This document shows, piece after piece, positions 45,544-56,605 of a stretch of 64,000 nucleotides of DNA. The DNA is from a bacterium. Its GTDB lineage: Bacteria > Bacillota > Clostridia > Oscillospirales > Oscillospiraceae. Each line of letters opens with the position of its first letter. The first letter of the stretch is position 1. The stretch spans positions 2,247 through 66,246 of the forward strand of contig JAQXJT010000014.1 of NCBI GenBank assembly GCA_029009095.1, in the 5' to 3' direction. The notes under the pieces were generated by a model. The model had not been told where the DNA came from, searched no databases, and saw only the letters and a program-made list of their open reading frames with translations. The translations under genes were made by a program, and so were the position numbers.

Positions 45544-46200
45544 TCAGATAGCCGGCCGCAACGCGGCGATGGCGGCGGCCCGGTCGGCCTTTTTGAACAC
45601 GGCGCTGCCGGCCACCAGCACATCGGCCCCGGCCTCCAGAGCCAGTGGCGCGGTGTGCGCGTCGATGCCCCCGTCCACCTCCAGCAGGCAGCCGGGGTGG
45701 CGGCGGTCGATGGCGGCGCGGAGGGTACGGAGCTTGGGAAGCTGTTCGGCCATGAAGCTCTGTCCCCCAAAGCCTGGCTCCACAGTCATCACCAGCACCA
45801 TGTCCACCTGTTCGAGCCACTTCTCCGCCTCCGCGGCGGGGGTGGCGGGCTTGATCACCACGCCGCACTGCTTCCCCCGCTCCCTGACAGCGCGGAGCGC
45901 GGCGGCGATATTCTCCTCCGTGTCCGCCTCCACATGGACGGTCACCATATCCGCGCCCGCATCGCAGAACTGCTCCACATAGCGCACGGGGCGGTCGATC
46001 ATCAAATGTACGTCAAGAAACATCTCCGTGGCCTTGCGGAAGGAGGCCAGCACGGGGATGCCGAAGCTGATATTGGGCACAAAAATGCCGTCCATCACAT
46101 CATAGTGGAGCCAGTCGGCGCCGCCGCGGCGAACGGAGTCGGCCTCCTCGCCCAGCCGGGCAAAATCTGCGGACAAAAGGGACGGGGCAATACGGATCAT
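45544..46200 (-). CDS. rpe: ribulose-phosphate 3-epimerase
   Basis: Start MIRIAPSLLSADF. Motifs HYDVMDG, HLM, MTVEPGFGGQ. Confidence 0.9.
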   Translation of the reverse strand: MIRIAPSLLSADFARLGEEADSVRRGGADWLHYDVMDGIFVPNISFGIPVLASFRKATEMFLDVHLMIDRPVRYVEQFCDAGADMVTVHVEADTEENIAAALRAVRERGKQCGVVIKPATPAAEAEKWLEQVDMVLVMTVEPGFGGQSFMAEQLPKLRTLRAAIDRRHPGCLLEVDGGIDAHTAPLALEAGADVLVAGSAVFKKADRAAAIAALRPAI

Positions 46201-46343
46201 GTTCTCTCTCCTCCGTGTCAAGTAGGGTTTTTCCCGCATAGGATACCCCAGCGCGGGCAGTGCGCGCGGCCGCTTTGATATACGGGGGCGGCAAAGCCAT
46301 TGCCGCTCCCGGGTTGGCAGTCCTCCCGCGCCGTAACTCTGGT

Positions 46344-46372
46344 ATTATATACCGCTTCGCGCCCCCTGACAA
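46344..46372 (-). promoter_or_regulatory. sigma-A promoter for rpe (gives a ~140-nt leader)
   Basis: Minus strand TTGTCA-17 nt-TATAAT. Confidence 0.55.
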
Positions 46373-46465
46373 GCCGGGAACGCCCCTCCCCACCGGGAAA
46401 AAGGCAGCATTTTTCGACAAACCGCCGTATATGCACAGGGAGGAGCCTGCCGCTCCTCCCCCCTG

Positions 46466-46786
46466 CTATCTTCGCACTTCTTCGAGAATATCCTCCCAGC
46501 TCTCCTCTGCCACTTCCGGCGTCGGTTCCGGAGCCGGAGACTGCTCCGCCGCCATCCTCCGGGAGGCGGCCTTTTTCTCTTCTTCGCACCGGGTCGCTCT
46601 CTCGCTGAGCACCATGAGCGCCACGCCCTCCGCGGCTGCGCAGAGGCTGAGCGCCACGATGTAGATCCGCGCCACATTGTTCACAAGGAAGTTCATCATG
46701 GGGTTGCGGAGATCGCAGTAGACCACCACGATCATGGTCACCCCCAGCGCCAGCGAGAACATTCCCAGAAATTTTTTTCCTTTCAT
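46466..46786 (-). CDS. small two-TM membrane protein with an acidic tail
   Basis: ATGA overlap with the upstream gene stop. Two hydrophobic helices. Confidence 0.45.
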   Translation of the reverse strand: MKGKKFLGMFSLALGVTMIVVVYCDLRNPMMNFLVNNVARIYIVALSLCAAAEGVALMVLSERATRCEEEKKAASRRMAAEQSPAPEPTPEVAEESWEDILEEVRR

Positions 46787-47814
46787 TCCTGTTCTCCTCC
46801 CTGACGGCCCGAGTCCACGATAAAGAGCGCGTCGCCGACCTCCCGACCGCCGCCGTTGCTCTGGTAATTGACCTTTTCGCCGTTAAAGTACATCACCGAG
46901 GAGCCGCCGCCATCCAGATTGTAGGCGGCTTTACAGCCCAGCCCCTGCATGATCTCCGCCAGTTCCTCCAGCCGCAGCCCCACGGACCAGTCTCCCTGCC
47001 GTCCGTCAGCCACCAAAAAGCAGTAGTGCCCCGGCTCGTAATAACCCACCGCCGTGCGGGGATTGACATAGCTGATGGCTACGCTGGCGTTGTGGTTATA
47101 GTTCACGCTGCCGTCCGGGAGCAGCAGCCGGGGGCCGAAATGCCAGATATGGCGCACCCCGCGCTCGAGCAACTCGTCCATGTCGTATTCGTGCTGGGCA
47201 TAGGTCTCCATGGTGCCGTCCTCAAAAAGCACACAGATGTCCGTCACGCTCAGTTTGCCCGCCCGGTAGACCTCCCCGTTGCGCACGGTGATGCTGCGCT
47301 CGGCATCCAACTGCAAACTGTAGTAATCGCCGTTGATGGCAAGAATGGCGTTGTGTTCCTCCGCCACATCTTCAATGGGCTGGGAGGAATAGAGTCCGAA
47401 CGTGTCGCCGGCCAGACAGGCTCCGAAGCAATCCAGATCGGCCACATAGATATCCGCTACAAAATACGCGGCCGGGCCGGATTTGAAGTCCCCGTGGTGC
47501 TCTGTAATGGTAATGGACACATGGGGGCTGGTGTAGCTTCTGTCCGTTACCACCACCTCGTCGGTGAAGTGCTCGGCGAAGCGGATCTGCCACTGGCTCC
47601 GGGGGTCGGGCGTGGCTTCCGGCGTGGGGGCGGGGGTCTCCGCCGCGGCGTCTGTACCGGCGGAGGGGGCGGAGACAACAGCCTCCTGCCAAGTGCGGCG
47701 GGCGGCCACCCGGGGCAGCACATGATGGAACATCGCAAAGCTCACCAGCAGCACCGCCGTGAGCAGTACTTCGCCCACCGCTGTGCGCACAATGCGCTTT
47801 CTCCTATTATTCAT
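46783..47814 (-). CDS. phosphodiester glycosidase family protein (DUF2233-type), paralog 1
   Basis: Start MNNRRKRIV. N-terminal TM. Motifs AINGDYY and AYNLDGGGSSVMYF. Confidence 0.75.
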   Translation of the reverse strand: MNNRRKRIVRTAVGEVLLTAVLLVSFAMFHHVLPRVAARRTWQEAVVSAPSAGTDAAAETPAPTPEATPDPRSQWQIRFAEHFTDEVVVTDRSYTSPHVSITITEHHGDFKSGPAAYFVADIYVADLDCFGACLAGDTFGLYSSQPIEDVAEEHNAILAINGDYYSLQLDAERSITVRNGEVYRAGKLSVTDICVLFEDGTMETYAQHEYDMDELLERGVRHIWHFGPRLLLPDGSVNYNHNASVAISYVNPRTAVGYYEPGHYCFLVADGRQGDWSVGLRLEELAEIMQGLGCKAAYNLDGGGSSVMYFNGEKVNYQSNGGGREVGDALFIVDSGRQGGEQE

Positions 47815-47831
47815 CTCGCCCTTTGTCCTTT

Positions 47832-47869
47832 CAAAAAAGCATCCCCCGCAGTGCATCACACCGCGGGGG
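47832..47869 (-). terminator. rho-independent terminator after tRNA-Thr
   Basis: Minus strand cccccgc...gcggggg stem followed by atgcttttttga. Only ~20 nt upstream of the next start codon. Confidence 0.6.
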
Positions 47870-47872
47870 CGC

Positions 47873-47948
47873 TGGAGCTGGATGTCGGACTTGAACCGAC
47901 GACCTCATGATTACGAATCAGGTGCTCTGCCAACTGAGCTAATCCAGC
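47873..47948 (-). tRNA. tRNA-Thr (anticodon CGT)
   Basis: 76-nt cloverleaf folded by hand: acceptor GCTGGAT/ATCCAGC, D arm GCTC/GAGC, anticodon loop TTCGTAA, T arm GTCGG-TTCAAGT-CCGAC, encoded CCA. One C-U mismatch at 28:42. Confidence 0.9.
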
Positions 47949-47976
47949 GAATGTGCTCTATCCTGCAAGCCGATAT

Positions 47977-48005
47977 AGTATAGCATAGTCCGGCGAAAAA
48001 ATCAA
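47977..48005 (-). promoter_or_regulatory. sigma-A promoter for tRNA-Thr
   Basis: Minus strand TTGATT-17 nt-TATACT, about 25 nt upstream of the tRNA 5' end. Confidence 0.6.
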
Positions 48006-48039
48006 TCCCCTAAATTTCGTTTGGGGGAATTTCCCCGCC

Positions 48040-48291
48040 TTAAAACTCCCGCAGCACCAGATCGGTCTCCCCGGGATTGAGTCCGCACTCCAGACGCAGC
48101 ACCTTCTTGTGCCCCCGGTACTCCTGCCGGAGGCTGTCCCGCAGCGCCGTTCCCCCGCGGTAGCCGTGGATCAGCCGCAGCCGGTACACGCTCTTGTCGC
48201 AGCGGCGCAGCGCCGCGTCCACGGCGACCTTCGCCTGTACTGTGGTCATGCCGTGGAGGTCAAGCTCCCATATCCCGCCGCTTAACGCCAT
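48040..48291 (-). CDS. Smr-domain protein
   Basis: LDLHGMTTVQAKVAVDAAL and HGYRGG motifs. Confidence 0.75.
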   Translation of the reverse strand: MALSGGIWELDLHGMTTVQAKVAVDAALRRCDKSVYRLRLIHGYRGGTALRDSLRQEYRGHKKVLRLECGLNPGETDLVLREF

Positions 48292-48292
48292 C

Positions 48293-49321
48293 TCACTCCC
48301 CCGTTTTGTCCGTCAGGTAGAGGATATCGCCCACACCGCGCCCCGCGCCGTTGCTCTGCCGGTTCACCCGCTGCCCGTTGAAGTACATCACCGAGGAGGC
48401 GCCTCCGTCCAGATTGTAGGCGCTCCTGCAGCCCAACTCCGCCATGATCTCCGCCAGTTGCGAGAGCTTGAGTCCCACGCTGTAGCCGATATCCCGCCCG
48501 TCCGCCACCAAAAAACAGTAGTGTCCCGGCTCGTAATAGCCCACCGCGCTCCGCGGGTTGCCGTAGGAGATGCCCCAATAAGCAGCGTCCAGCCCGCTCA
48601 CCGCCTGGCCGTTCTCATCCACCAGCGCCGGGCCAAAGTGCCAGATGTGGCGGGCGCCCTGCGCCATCAGCGTCTCAAAATCATACGCCCCGGGGGCATA
48701 GGTCTCCATGGTGCCGTCGGCGAACAGCACGCAGATGTCCGCCGTGCTGTACTCCCCGGCCCGGTACACCACCCCATCCCGGACGGTCACACTGTTCTCG
48801 TCCTGGTACTGGAAGCAGTAATTGTCCCCGTTGATGGCCAGAATGGCCCCGTGGGCCTCGGAGACCGTGGCCACATCCTCCGTGTAGCCGTAGGCGAAGT
48901 TGTCCCCCGCCAGGCAGGCCCCGAAAAGGGAGGGATCTCCCAGATAGACGTCCGCCACAAAATATACGCTCTGGCCCCGGCCTTCCCCGACGGTGTGCCG
49001 GGTGATGTCAATAGCCAGATTGGGGCTGGAATAGCTGCTGTCCGTCACCACCACCTCGTCGGTGAAGTGATCCGCAAAACGGATCTGCCACTGGCTCCGC
49101 CCGTCCTCCTCCACCGGGGCGGGCGTCTCGCCGGAGAGCTCCGGGGCAGGTGTGACGGCCACCGGGGCCGCCGTAGGCACGACCTGCCGGGCCGACTGCC
49201 GCCGTGCGAGCTGTAGGGGCAGCACATGGTGGAAGAACGCAAAAGAGAGCAGCAGCGCCGCCGTAAGCAGCACCGTGCCCGCTACGGAGCGAAACACTCT
49301 CCTCTTCTGCCGTTCTCTCAC
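48293..49321 (-). CDS. phosphodiester glycosidase family protein (DUF2233-type), paralog 2
   Basis: GTG 49321, 7 nt after a GGGAGGGG RBS (the track ORF extends to 49369). AINGDNY and AYNLDGGASSVMYF. Clearly alignable with paralog 1 throughout. Confidence 0.75.
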   Translation of the reverse strand: MRERQKRRVFRSVAGTVLLTAALLLSFAFFHHVLPLQLARRQSARQVVPTAAPVAVTPAPELSGETPAPVEEDGRSQWQIRFADHFTDEVVVTDSSYSSPNLAIDITRHTVGEGRGQSVYFVADVYLGDPSLFGACLAGDNFAYGYTEDVATVSEAHGAILAINGDNYCFQYQDENSVTVRDGVVYRAGEYSTADICVLFADGTMETYAPGAYDFETLMAQGARHIWHFGPALVDENGQAVSGLDAAYWGISYGNPRSAVGYYEPGHYCFLVADGRDIGYSVGLKLSQLAEIMAELGCRSAYNLDGGASSVMYFNGQRVNRQSNGAGRGVGDILYLTDKTGE

Positions 49322-49424
49322 AGTTCTTCCCCTCCCTCTTTCTGTACTGTCAGAGGGTAATTGTACCACTATCCCATGAAAAAGTCAACGCTGACAGGGT
49401 CTGCGCGTCCCTTCCGCCGGGGAG

Positions 49425-49460
49425 GGAAAAAGAAGCTCCGGCGCCGAAGCGCCGGAGCTT
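49425..49460 (-). terminator. rho-independent terminator after groEL
   Basis: aagctccggcgc-ttcg-gcgccggagctt followed by a T-run on the minus strand. Confidence 0.75.
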
Positions 49461-49477
49461 TGCGGACTGGGGAAGGA

Positions 49478-51103
<1,626 letters not shown>

Positions 51104-51118
51104 TCAATTTCCTCCTGA

Positions 51119-51406
51119 TTATTCTTCCACCACGGCCAGAATGTCGCTCTGCCGCACGATCACATACTCCTCGCCGTCCAGCTTGACCCTGGTGCCGGAG
51201 TACTGTCCGGCCAGAACCTTCTGCCCGGCCTTGACTTCCATGACGACTTCCTTGCCGTCCACCACGCCGCCGGGACCCACCACGATGACATCGTAGATCT
51301 CGGGCTTCTCCTGCGCCGCGCTGGTGAGGATAATGCCACCCTTGGTCTTTTCTTCCGCAGCAGCCTGCTTGATGACTACGCGATCAGCCAACGGTTTGAG
51401 TTTCAT
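51119..51406 (-). CDS. groS: co-chaperonin GroES
   Basis: MKLKPLADRVVIK...GGIILTS pattern. Confidence 0.95.
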   Translation of the reverse strand: MKLKPLADRVVIKQAAAEEKTKGGIILTSAAQEKPEIYDVIVVGPGGVVDGKEVVMEVKAGQKVLAGQYSGTRVKLDGEEYVIVRQSDILAVVEE

Positions 51407-51451
51407 ATTGCTTGTTCCTCCTATATCGTTTATTTATTCTTCCTTGTTGTT

Positions 51452-51478
51452 TTAGCACTCAAATCATCCGAGTGCCAA
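51452..51478 (-). promoter_or_regulatory. CIRCE operator (HrcA binding site)
   Basis: TTAGCACTC-N9-GAGTGCCAA, one mismatch to the consensus TTAGCACTC-N9-GAGTGCTAA. Confidence 0.85.
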
Positions 51479-51485
51479 CATCTAT

Positions 51486-51514
51486 AAAATAGCATACATG
51501 GGCGGCGATTGCAA
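51486..51514 (-). promoter_or_regulatory. sigma-A promoter for groES-groEL
   Basis: Minus strand TTGCAA-17 nt-TATTTT immediately upstream of CIRCE. Confidence 0.55.
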
Positions 51515-51597
51515 GAGGTTTTTTACGCTTTTTCCCAAATTCACAAATTATTTATAAGTTTCCCTCCGGGCCGTTGCATCCCCGGCGCCGCGGGGAC

Positions 51598-51633
51598 GAA
51601 AAAACCGCCTGCACCCGGAAAGGGGTGCAGGCG
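51598..51633 (-). terminator. rho-independent terminator after the opp-type operon
   Basis: ccgcctgcaccc-loop-gggtgcaggcgg followed by tttttt on the minus strand. Confidence 0.7.
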
Positions 51634-51673
51634 GCTGCCTTGGTTATGGATGCGCGTCAGCGCTTTCCCGGGC

Positions 51674-53359
51674 TCAGCCCACGTAAGCGTACTGGAAGTA
51701 CCAGTAGCCGTAGGGGCTGTGCCAGGTGCCCTTGAGCTCGGGCTTCTGGAGCCAGAAGTCGTTGTAGTAGGCCACGGGGATGCAGGCGTACTGCTCCATC
51801 AGGACGTCCTCGGCGTCGTGGAGAGCCTGGAAGTGGGCCTCGGCGTCGGCGCAGCGGGAGGCGTCGATGGCGGCGTCAAACTCGGGGATGTTCACGTTGC
51901 CGTCATTGTTGCCGTTGGTGGAGTAGAGCAGCTCGAGCATGTTGGAGGGATCGTTGTAGTCCATGACCCAACCGTTCCGGGCGATCTCGTACTCACCGGC
52001 GCGGCGCATGGGGGTGAAGGAGGCCCACTCCACCTTGTCGATGTTGAGAGTGATGCCCAGTTCCTTCCAGGCCTGCTGCAGGTACTCGGCCAGAGGCACA
52101 TGGTAACCGGCCTCGTTGGTGGAGTAGCTCAGCACGGGGAAGCCCTCGCCGTCGGGGTAGCCGGCCTCAGCCAGAGCGGCCTTGGCCTCGGCCAGATTGG
52201 CCTCGTAGTCCTCGCTGATGTAGGTGGCGCCATCGTGGGCCGCCTTGGCGTTGTCGAAGAACTGGCCCTTGAAGTCAGCAATGCCGGGGCCCATGAAGTT
52301 GTAAGCGGGGGAGTAGGTGCCCTGCATGATGACGTTGGCCACATAGTCGCGGTCGATGGCCAGGCTCAGAGCCTTACGGACGTTGACATCCTGCAGGACC
52401 TCCACATCCAGGTTCAGGCTGATGTAGTAGGTGCCCAGCATGGTGTCCACGTAGAACTCACCGCCGTCGCGCAGGCTGGGGATCTCCTCGGTGGGGACAT
52501 CCTTGATGAACATGGCGGTGTCGTTGTTATACGCGGCGAAAGCAGCGCTGGAATCCTCCAGCAGCAGGAAGGTCAGGGTGTCGGTGACGATGCGGTCCTT
52601 GTCCCAGCCGCCCTCGTAGTTGGGGTTCTTGGTGCAGACGATGCGCTCGCCGGGGGTCCACTCGGTGATCATGTAGGGGCCGTTGCAGACATAGGTGGCG
52701 GGGTCGGTGGCCCAGGCGTCGCCGTTGGCCTCCACGGTGGCCTTCTGCACGGGGCTCATGGTGCCGAAAGCGGCCAGCTTGTCAAAGTAGGCGCAGGGGT
52801 AGGCCAGAGTGACGGTCAGGGTCTTGCCGTCCTCGCTGGCGACCACATTCAGCTTGTCCACGTCGCCGGTCTCCACCACTTCGTCATAGCCTTCGATCAT
52901 GCCCACGACGGTCTCGCCATAGGGGGCGGCCAGCTCGGGGTCGGCAATGCGCTTCATGGTGTACTCGAAGTCCTTGGCGTTCAGCTCGGTGCCGTCGGAC
53001 CACTTCAGGCCGTCACGCATGGTGAAGGTCCAGACCAGACCGTCATCGCTGACGTCGTAGCTCTCGGCCTGGCCGGGAACCACGTCCAGATTCTCGTCGA
53101 CGATCAGGAGGGTCTCGAAGAGGGTGATGAGCATGTTGCCGCCGTCCACCGCGCTGTTGAGAGCGGGGTCGAGGGTCTCGGGGTTGGGTCCGATCTGCAC
53201 GGTGATGTTGCTCGCTTCCGCTTCTTCCACGGGAGCGGCCTCATTCCCGGTGGTCTCGGCCGGCTTGTCCTCGGTCTTGGGGGTCTCGGTCTTGCCGCCG
53301 CAGGCCACCAGGGAGAGGATCATGCACAGAGCCATGACCAGTGCAAGAATCTTCTTCAT
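51674..53359 (-). CDS. peptide/nickel ABC transporter substrate-binding lipoprotein (family 5, OppA/DppA-like)
   Basis: Lipobox LSLVACGG. SBP_bac_5-type sequence. 561 aa. Confidence 0.85.
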   Translation of the reverse strand: MKKILALVMALCMILSLVACGGKTETPKTEDKPAETTGNEAAPVEEAEASNITVQIGPNPETLDPALNSAVDGGNMLITLFETLLIVDENLDVVPGQAESYDVSDDGLVWTFTMRDGLKWSDGTELNAKDFEYTMKRIADPELAAPYGETVVGMIEGYDEVVETGDVDKLNVVASEDGKTLTVTLAYPCAYFDKLAAFGTMSPVQKATVEANGDAWATDPATYVCNGPYMITEWTPGERIVCTKNPNYEGGWDKDRIVTDTLTFLLLEDSSAAFAAYNNDTAMFIKDVPTEEIPSLRDGGEFYVDTMLGTYYISLNLDVEVLQDVNVRKALSLAIDRDYVANVIMQGTYSPAYNFMGPGIADFKGQFFDNAKAAHDGATYISEDYEANLAEAKAALAEAGYPDGEGFPVLSYSTNEAGYHVPLAEYLQQAWKELGITLNIDKVEWASFTPMRRAGEYEIARNGWVMDYNDPSNMLELLYSTNGNNDGNVNIPEFDAAIDASRCADAEAHFQALHDAEDVLMEQYACIPVAYYNDFWLQKPELKGTWHSPYGYWYFQYAYVG

Positions 53360-53472
53360 TTTCTTACCTCCATTTTTTTGCAGTTTCCTGCTGATTTATG
53401 ATTTACTGCCTCCGGGCAGCAAAATCCCTGTGTGTCTCCGCCCTTTTCCCGAAACGGGAGCGGGCGTTTCCC

Positions 53473-54534
53473 TTACTCCACCTTGTCCAGATTGTGGCAG
53501 GCGGCCCAGTGCCCGGCGGTGACCTCCTTGAGCTCGGGCGTCTCCCGGGCACAGCGTTCGCTGGCGTAGGGGCAGCGGGTGCGGAAACGGCAGCCGCTGG
53601 GGGGATTGAGGGGGCTGGGCACGTCGCCCTGCAAAACGATGCGGTGGGAAGAGCGGGCCGTCACCGGGTCCGCCACGGGGATGGCGGAGATGAGGCTGCG
53701 GGTGTAGGGATGGATGCTGTGGGCGATCAGCTCGAAGCTGTCGGCCAGTTCTACCATCTTGCCCAGATACATCACGCCGATGCGGTTGGAAATATGCCGC
53801 ACCACGCTCAGATCGTGAGCGATGAAGAGGTAGGTCAGCCCCATCTCGTTCTGGAGATCCTCCAGCATGTTCACCACCTGGGCCTGGATGGACACGTCCA
53901 GGGCGCTCACCGGCTCGTCGCAGACGATGAACTCGGGATCCACCGCCAGTGCCCGGGCGATGCCCACGCGCTGCCGCTGGCCGCCGGAGAACTCGTGGGG
54001 ATAGCGGTTGGCGTGCTCGCTGTTGAGTCCCACCTTTTCCAGCAGGGCGATGATGCGCTCGTGGCGGTCTTTGCCGTTGGCGGCGAGATGGTGGATGTCG
54101 ATGGGCTCGCCCACGATGTCGCCGATGGTCATGCGGGGGTTCAGACTGGCGTAGGGATCCTGAAAGACGATCTGCATCTTCCTCCGGTAGGGCAGCATAT
54201 CCACGGCGGTCTTCTGCCCCAGCCTGGGCTGGCCGTTGTCGTCCAGCACCACGCTGCCATCCTCGTTTTGCAGCGGCACCCGGCCGGAGTCGAAGAGAGT
54301 CTTGCCATCGTAGATGATGCGCCCGTCGGTGGGCTCATAGAGCCGGAGCATGGTGCGCCCCACGGTGGTCTTGCCGCAGCCGCTCTCGCCCACAAGACCC
54401 AGCGTCTCGCCCTTTCGGATGGCGAAGGAGACGTCGTCCACCGCCTGCACATAGCGGCGGCGGCGGCCAAACCCGCCGGCGGGGAAGTATTGCTGAAGGT
54501 GCTGCACCTCGATCAGATTTTTCATCTCGCTCAT
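53473..54534 (-). CDS. oligopeptide/dipeptide ABC transporter ATP-binding protein (OppF/DppF-like)
   Basis: Walker [24 protein letters not shown], and C-terminal oligo_HPY Cys-rich region. Confidence 0.9.
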   Translation of the reverse strand: MSEMKNLIEVQHLQQYFPAGGFGRRRRYVQAVDDVSFAIRKGETLGLVGESGCGKTTVGRTMLRLYEPTDGRIIYDGKTLFDSGRVPLQNEDGSVVLDDNGQPRLGQKTAVDMLPYRRKMQIVFQDPYASLNPRMTIGDIVGEPIDIHHLAANGKDRHERIIALLEKVGLNSEHANRYPHEFSGGQRQRVGIARALAVDPEFIVCDEPVSALDVSIQAQVVNMLEDLQNEMGLTYLFIAHDLSVVRHISNRIGVMYLGKMVELADSFELIAHSIHPYTRSLISAIPVADPVTARSSHRIVLQGDVPSPLNPPSGCRFRTRCPYASERCARETPELKEVTAGHWAACHNLDKVE

Positions 54535-55532
54535 GCCCCGGCGCCTCCCTTCTCAAACTCTTCCTTTTGCAGCAGCCAGCAGTGGCTGTAGTGGGTCTCG
54601 CTCAGATCCGTCCGGGGCGGCATCTCCCGCAGGCAGACCTTCATGCAGTTCTGGCAGCGGGGGGCGAAGGGGCACCCGGCGGGGGGATTGAGCAGATCCA
54701 CCGGCTGGCCCTCGATGGGCACCAGACGCTCTCTCGTCTCCGCGTCCAGCCGGGGGATGGACTGGATCAGTCCCTTGGTGTATTCGTGGCTGGGCTGATA
54801 GAAGATCTCGTCGGCAGTGCCGTACTCCACGATGTGCCCGGCGTACATGACGGCGATCTTCTCGCACATGCTGGCCACCACGCCCAGATCGTGGGTGATC
54901 ATGATGATGCTCATGCCCAGCTTCTCCTGCAGGCTCTTCATCAGCTCCAGGATCTGCGCCTGGATGGTCACGTCCAGGGCGGTGGTGGGCTCGTCGGCGA
55001 TGAGCAGCTTGGGCTCGCAGGCCAGGGCGATGGCGATCATCACCCGCTGGCGCATACCGCCGGAGAGCTCGTGGGGGTACTGCTTGAGACGCTTGTCCGG
55101 CTCGTTGATGCCCACCAGCTCCAGCAGTTCTCTGGCCCGGTCGTGGATCTGTTTCTTGTCCTTGTCGGTGTGGGTGCGCAGGGCCTCCTCGATCTGGTTG
55201 CCGATGGTATAAACAGGGTTCAGACTGGTCATGGGGTCCTGGAAGATGATGGAGACCTCGTTGCCCCGCATCTTGCAGAACTCCTTCTCCGTCATCTGAT
55301 CCACCTGGTGTCCGTTGAAGCGGATGCTGCCGCCCACCAGACGGCCGGGATAGGCGGTGAGACCCATGATGGAGTAGGCGGTCACGCTCTTGCCCGAGCC
55401 GCTCTCGCCCACGATGCCCAGCACCTCGCCCTCCTCCATGGAGAAGGACACGCCGTTGAGGGCCTTGACCTCCCCGGCAGGGGTGAAGAAGGAGAGGTAT
55501 TCGTCTTTGATCTCGAGAATTGTTTCTGCCAT
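54531..55532 (-). CDS. oligopeptide/dipeptide ABC transporter ATP-binding protein (OppD/DppD-like)
   Basis: Walker [24 protein letters not shown], and C-terminal [11 protein letters not shown] motif. Confidence 0.9.
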   Translation of the reverse strand: MAETILEIKDEYLSFFTPAGEVKALNGVSFSMEEGEVLGIVGESGSGKSVTAYSIMGLTAYPGRLVGGSIRFNGHQVDQMTEKEFCKMRGNEVSIIFQDPMTSLNPVYTIGNQIEEALRTHTDKDKKQIHDRARELLELVGINEPDKRLKQYPHELSGGMRQRVMIAIALACEPKLLIADEPTTALDVTIQAQILELMKSLQEKLGMSIIMITHDLGVVASMCEKIAVMYAGHIVEYGTADEIFYQPSHEYTKGLIQSIPRLDAETRERLVPIEGQPVDLLNPPAGCPFAPRCQNCMKVCLREMPPRTDLSETHYSHCWLLQKEEFEKGGAGA

Positions 55533-55546
55533 GTTCTCTCTCCTCC

Positions 55547-56593
55547 TCAGTTTTTCAGCTTGGGATCGAAAGCGTCCCGCAGCCCGTCGCCAAAGAGGTT
55601 AAAGGCCAGAATGACCACGCTGATGATCACCGCCGGCAGCAGCAGCAGGTGGGGATAGGTATTCATGCCCTTCACCGCGTCGGTGGCCAGAGAGCCCAGA
55701 GAGGGCATGGGAGCCGCCACGCCCAGACCCAGGAAGCTCAGGTAGCTCTCCGTGAAGATGGCGGAGGGGATCTGGAGGGTGGTGGTGACGATCAGGGTGC
55801 CGATGCAGTTGGTGAGCAGGTGCTTTTTGATGATGCGGCTGTTTCTGGCGCCCAGCGCCCTGGCGGCGGTGACATACTCCGACTCCTTGAGCACCAGCAC
55901 CTGGGAACGGGTGATACGGGCCATGCTCACCCAGTAGAGCAGGGCGAACACGATGAAAATGGCGATCATGTTGGGGCCCACCTTCTGCATCCAGAGGAAG
56001 CCCTCCCGGGTGGACAGCTCCTTGAGCGGGTCGCGGATGATCATGGAGAGCAGAATGATCAGGAGAATGTCCGGAATGGTGTACATGACATCGGTAATAC
56101 GCATCATGATGATGTCCACCCAGCCTCCGGCAAAGGCCGCCACGGCGCCGTAGGTAGCGCCGATGAGCAGCACCAGCGCCGCGCACATCAACCCGACCGT
56201 GAGGCTGATGCGGGTGCCCATCATCAGCCTCACCGCGTAGTCGCGTCCCAGCTTATCGGTGCCGCAGATGTGGGGGAAGATCTTCTCCCCCGCCTCGATC
56301 CGGGCCAGCTCCTTTTCGCTGTAGGTAAAGGGGGCGAGATTTTCGCTGTACTTCACCTGCTGCTCGTAGGTATAGGGCCAGAAGGAGGGCAGGATGTAGG
56401 CGAAAACCACGATGAGCAGGATGAAGAACAGGCTCACCATGGCGATCTTGTTTTTCCGCAGCCGGCGCAGGCCGTCCTTCCAGAAGTTGACGCTCTCCCG
56501 CATGATCACCAGACTGGTCTTTTCCTCGTTGGTGGCGGGCATGAAGTCCTCGGCTTTCAGCTGGAGGCTGAGGGGATTTCTTTTGACAGTCAT
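55547..56593 (-). CDS. ABC transporter permease (OppC/DppC-like)
   Basis: BPD_transp_1 EAA-like motif (YVTAARALGARNSRII). N-terminal OppC_N-type region. Confidence 0.85.
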   Translation of the reverse strand: MTVKRNPLSLQLKAEDFMPATNEEKTSLVIMRESVNFWKDGLRRLRKNKIAMVSLFFILLIVVFAYILPSFWPYTYEQQVKYSENLAPFTYSEKELARIEAGEKIFPHICGTDKLGRDYAVRLMMGTRISLTVGLMCAALVLLIGATYGAVAAFAGGWVDIIMMRITDVMYTIPDILLIILLSMIIRDPLKELSTREGFLWMQKVGPNMIAIFIVFALLYWVSMARITRSQVLVLKESEYVTAARALGARNSRIIKKHLLTNCIGTLIVTTTLQIPSAIFTESYLSFLGLGVAAPMPSLGSLATDAVKGMNTYPHLLLLPAVIISVVILAFNLFGDGLRDAFDPKLKN

Positions 56594-56605
56594 TCTCTCT
56601 CCTCC

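Noticed and set aside
47873-47948. tRNA-Thr as an integration site of a mobile element
   Set aside because: There is no integrase nearby, and I saw no duplicated copy of the tRNA 3' end in the flanks. The flanking genes are host-like in composition.
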